Shown here in pieces: positions 61,370 to 64,000 of a stretch of DNA of 64,000 nucleotides. The notes beneath the pieces are model-generated. The model was not told the DNA's origin, searched no databases, and saw nothing but the letters and a program-made list of their open reading frames with translations. The stretch lies in assembly GCF_004010195.1 (NCBI RefSeq), contig NC_057754.1, forward strand, positions 11,226,859 to 11,290,858, written 5' to 3'. A program made the position numbers and the translations under genes. Origin of the DNA: Chiloscyllium plagiosum (taxonomy: Eukaryota). Position 1 is the first letter of the stretch; every line of letters begins with the position of its first letter.

Positions 61370-63619
61370 AGAACTTCCGAAAGCTGATTGTAGGCAGATG
61401 ATCGCAAGTAAAGGGACGGTTGGAAAATGGGAAGCCTTCAGAAGTGTCAGTGGGGGAGCACTTTGGGGCCAGCGACCATAATTCTATCTGTTTTAAAATA
61501 GTGAAGGAAAAGGATAGACCAGATCTAAAAGTTGAAGTTGTAATTGGAGAAAGGCCAATTTTGACGGTATTAGGCAAGAACTTTTGAAAGCTGATTGGAG
61601 GCAGATGTTCGCAGGTAAAGAGACGGCTGGAAAATGGGAAGCCTTCAGAAATTAGATAAGAAGAATCCAGAGAAAGTATATTCCTGTCAGGGTGATAGGG
61701 AAGGCTGGTAGCTATAGGGAATGCTGGATGACGAAAGAAATTGAGGGTTTGGTTAAGAAAAAGAAGGAAGCATATGTCAGGTATAGACAGGATGAATATG
61801 AATCCTTAGAAGAGTGAATCCTTAGAAGAGTATAAAGAAAGTAGGAGTATACTTAAGAGGGAAATCAGGAGGGCAAAACGGGGACATGAGATAACTTTGG
61901 CAAATAGAATTAAGGAGAATCCAAAGGGTTTTTACAAATATATTAAAGGATATAGAAGATATAGACTGTAGGGAAATAGATGGTGACATCTTGCAAAATG
62001 TCCAGATTACAGAGGAGGAAGTGCTGGATGTATTGAAATGGTTAAAGGTGGATAAAACCCCAGGACCTGATCAGGTGTACCCGAGAACTTTGTAGGAAGC
62101 TAGAGAAGTGATTGCTGGGCCTCTTGCTGAGATATTTGTATCATCGATAGTCACAGGAAGATTGGAGGTTGGCAAACATGGCGCCACTGTTTATGAAGGG
62201 CGGTAAAGACAAGCCAGGGAACTATAGACAGGTTAGCCTGACCCCAGTAGTGGGCAAGTTGTTGGAAGGAATCCTGAGGGACAAGATGTCCATGTATTTG
62301 GAAAGGCAAGGACTATTAGGGATAGTCAACATGGCTTTGTGCATGGGAAATCATGTCTTACAAACTTGATTGAGGTTTTTGAAGAAGTAATGAAGAATAT
62401 TGATGAGGGCAAAGCAGTAGATGTGATCTATATGGACTTCAGTAAGGTGTTCAACAAGGTTCCCATGGGAGATTGGTGAGCAAGGTTAGATCTCATGGAA
62501 TACAGGGAGAACTCACCATTTGGATACAGAACTGGCTCAAAGGAAGAAGACAGAGTGTGGTGGTGGAGGGTTGTTTTTCATACTGGAGGCCTGTGACCAG
62601 TGGAGTGCCACAAGGATCAGTGCTAGGTCCTCTACTTTTTGTCATTTACATAAATGATTTGGATGTAAGCATAAGAGGTACAGTTAGTAAGTTTGAAGGT
62701 GACACCAAAATTGGAGGTGTAGTGGACAGCAAAGAGGTTACCTCAGATTACAACAGGATCTGGACCAGATGGGCCAATGGGCTGAGAAGTGGCAGATGAA
62801 GTTTAATTCAGATAAGTATGAGGTGCTGTTTTTTGGGAAAGCTAATCTTAGCAGGACTTATACACTTAATGGTAAGGTCCTAGGGATTGTTGCTGAACAA
62901 AGAGACCTTGGAGTGCAAGTTCATAGCTCCTTGAAAGTGGAGTCACAGATAAATAGGATAATGAAGAAGGCTTTGGTATGTTTTCCTTTATTGGTCAGAG
63001 TATTGAGTACAGGAGTTGGGAGGTCATGTTGCGGCTGTACAGGACATTGGTTAGGCCACTGTTGCAATATTGCATGCAATTCTGGTCTCCTTCTTATTCG
63101 AAAGATGTTGTGAAACTTGAAAGGGTTCAGAAAAGATTTACAAAGATGTTGCCAGGGTTGAAGAATTTGAGCTACAAGGAGAGGCTGAACAGGCTGGGGC
63201 TGTTTTTTTCTGGAGCATCGGAGGTTGAGGGGTGACTTTATAGAGGTTTACAAAATTATGAGGGGCATGGATAGGATAAATAGACAAAGTATTTTCCCTG
63301 GGGTCGGGGAGTCCAGAACTAGAGGGCATCGTTTTAGGGTGAGAGGGGAAAGATATAAAAGAGATCTAAGGGGCAACTTTTTCATGCAGAGCGTGGTACG
63401 TGTATGGAATGAGCTGCCAGAGGAAGTGGTGGAGGATGGTACAATTGCAACATTTAAGAGGCATTTGGACGGGTTTTTGAGTGGGAAGAGTTTGGAGGGA
63501 TGTGGGCCGGGTGCTGGCAGCTAAGACTAGATTGGGTTGGGATATCTGGTCGGCATGGACAGGTTGGACCAAAGCGTCTGTTTCCATGCTGTATACCTCT
63601 ATGACTCTATGACTCTATG
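61370..63619 (+). mobile_element. 5'-truncated CR1 LINE ORF2 with (atgactct)n tail
   Basis: [55 protein letters not shown]. Confidence 0.95.
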
Positions 63620-64000
63620 AGGTATTAATTTATCAAATGCCACACTCTTCCACCATTGATTCAACTTATGAGTTGTATAAACATAGAACTTGCTACTAAA
63701 CATATCTCCTGGAGGTAATGGTGTGCGTGTGTGTGTGAAAGAGAGAGACAGAGTGTGTGTGAAGAGAAAACTGCTAAGGGATATTTGTATCTTCAGTGAA
63801 AGGGAAAATCTGCCACAGAAAGATTCTAAGTAATATTTCCTCACATCCTGAACACAATCCCCTGGCAATAGCTGGAAATGTACCGTTTGTCCGAAGAATT
63901 GTTGTCTCTGCATCATGGAAACTATCTGACAGCATCAATGCCCCCTGGACAACAAAGTTTCCTAATCACCATTTTAAACAGAAGCATTGATAATTTTTCT

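Noticed and set aside
1..64000. Prokaryotic-type systems (CRISPR arrays, operons, rRNA)
   Set aside because: No regularly spaced repeat-spacer array or dense gene packing; the sequence is vertebrate repeat-rich DNA.

Overview
Eukaryotic, repeat-dominated vertebrate DNA. The repeat content (HE1-type and SacSINE1/DeuSINE-type tRNA SINEs, many CR1 LINEs, shark-type Penelope elements) points to a cartilaginous fish; this is an inference. There are two assembly gaps. One intact host gene is supportable: a two-exon, minus-strand, 339-aa class A GPCR of the GPR139-like type (exon 1 25889-25820, exon 2 23268-22319). The rest is mostly decayed CR1 LINEs, plus a Rex1/Babar LINE, a Gmr1-like Gypsy remnant within a four-level TE nest, solo LTRs, a decayed C2H2 zinc-finger array and a 3.1-kb tandem duplication. 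The most distinctive structural signal is a set of Penelope-like insertions from two families. They carry minimal type I hammerhead ribozyme motifs and repeatedly form asymmetric inverted repeats (about 140 bp to 3.5 kb), several bounded by 14-17 bp target-site duplications. TE boundaries are read by eye and are approximate unless a TSD is quoted.
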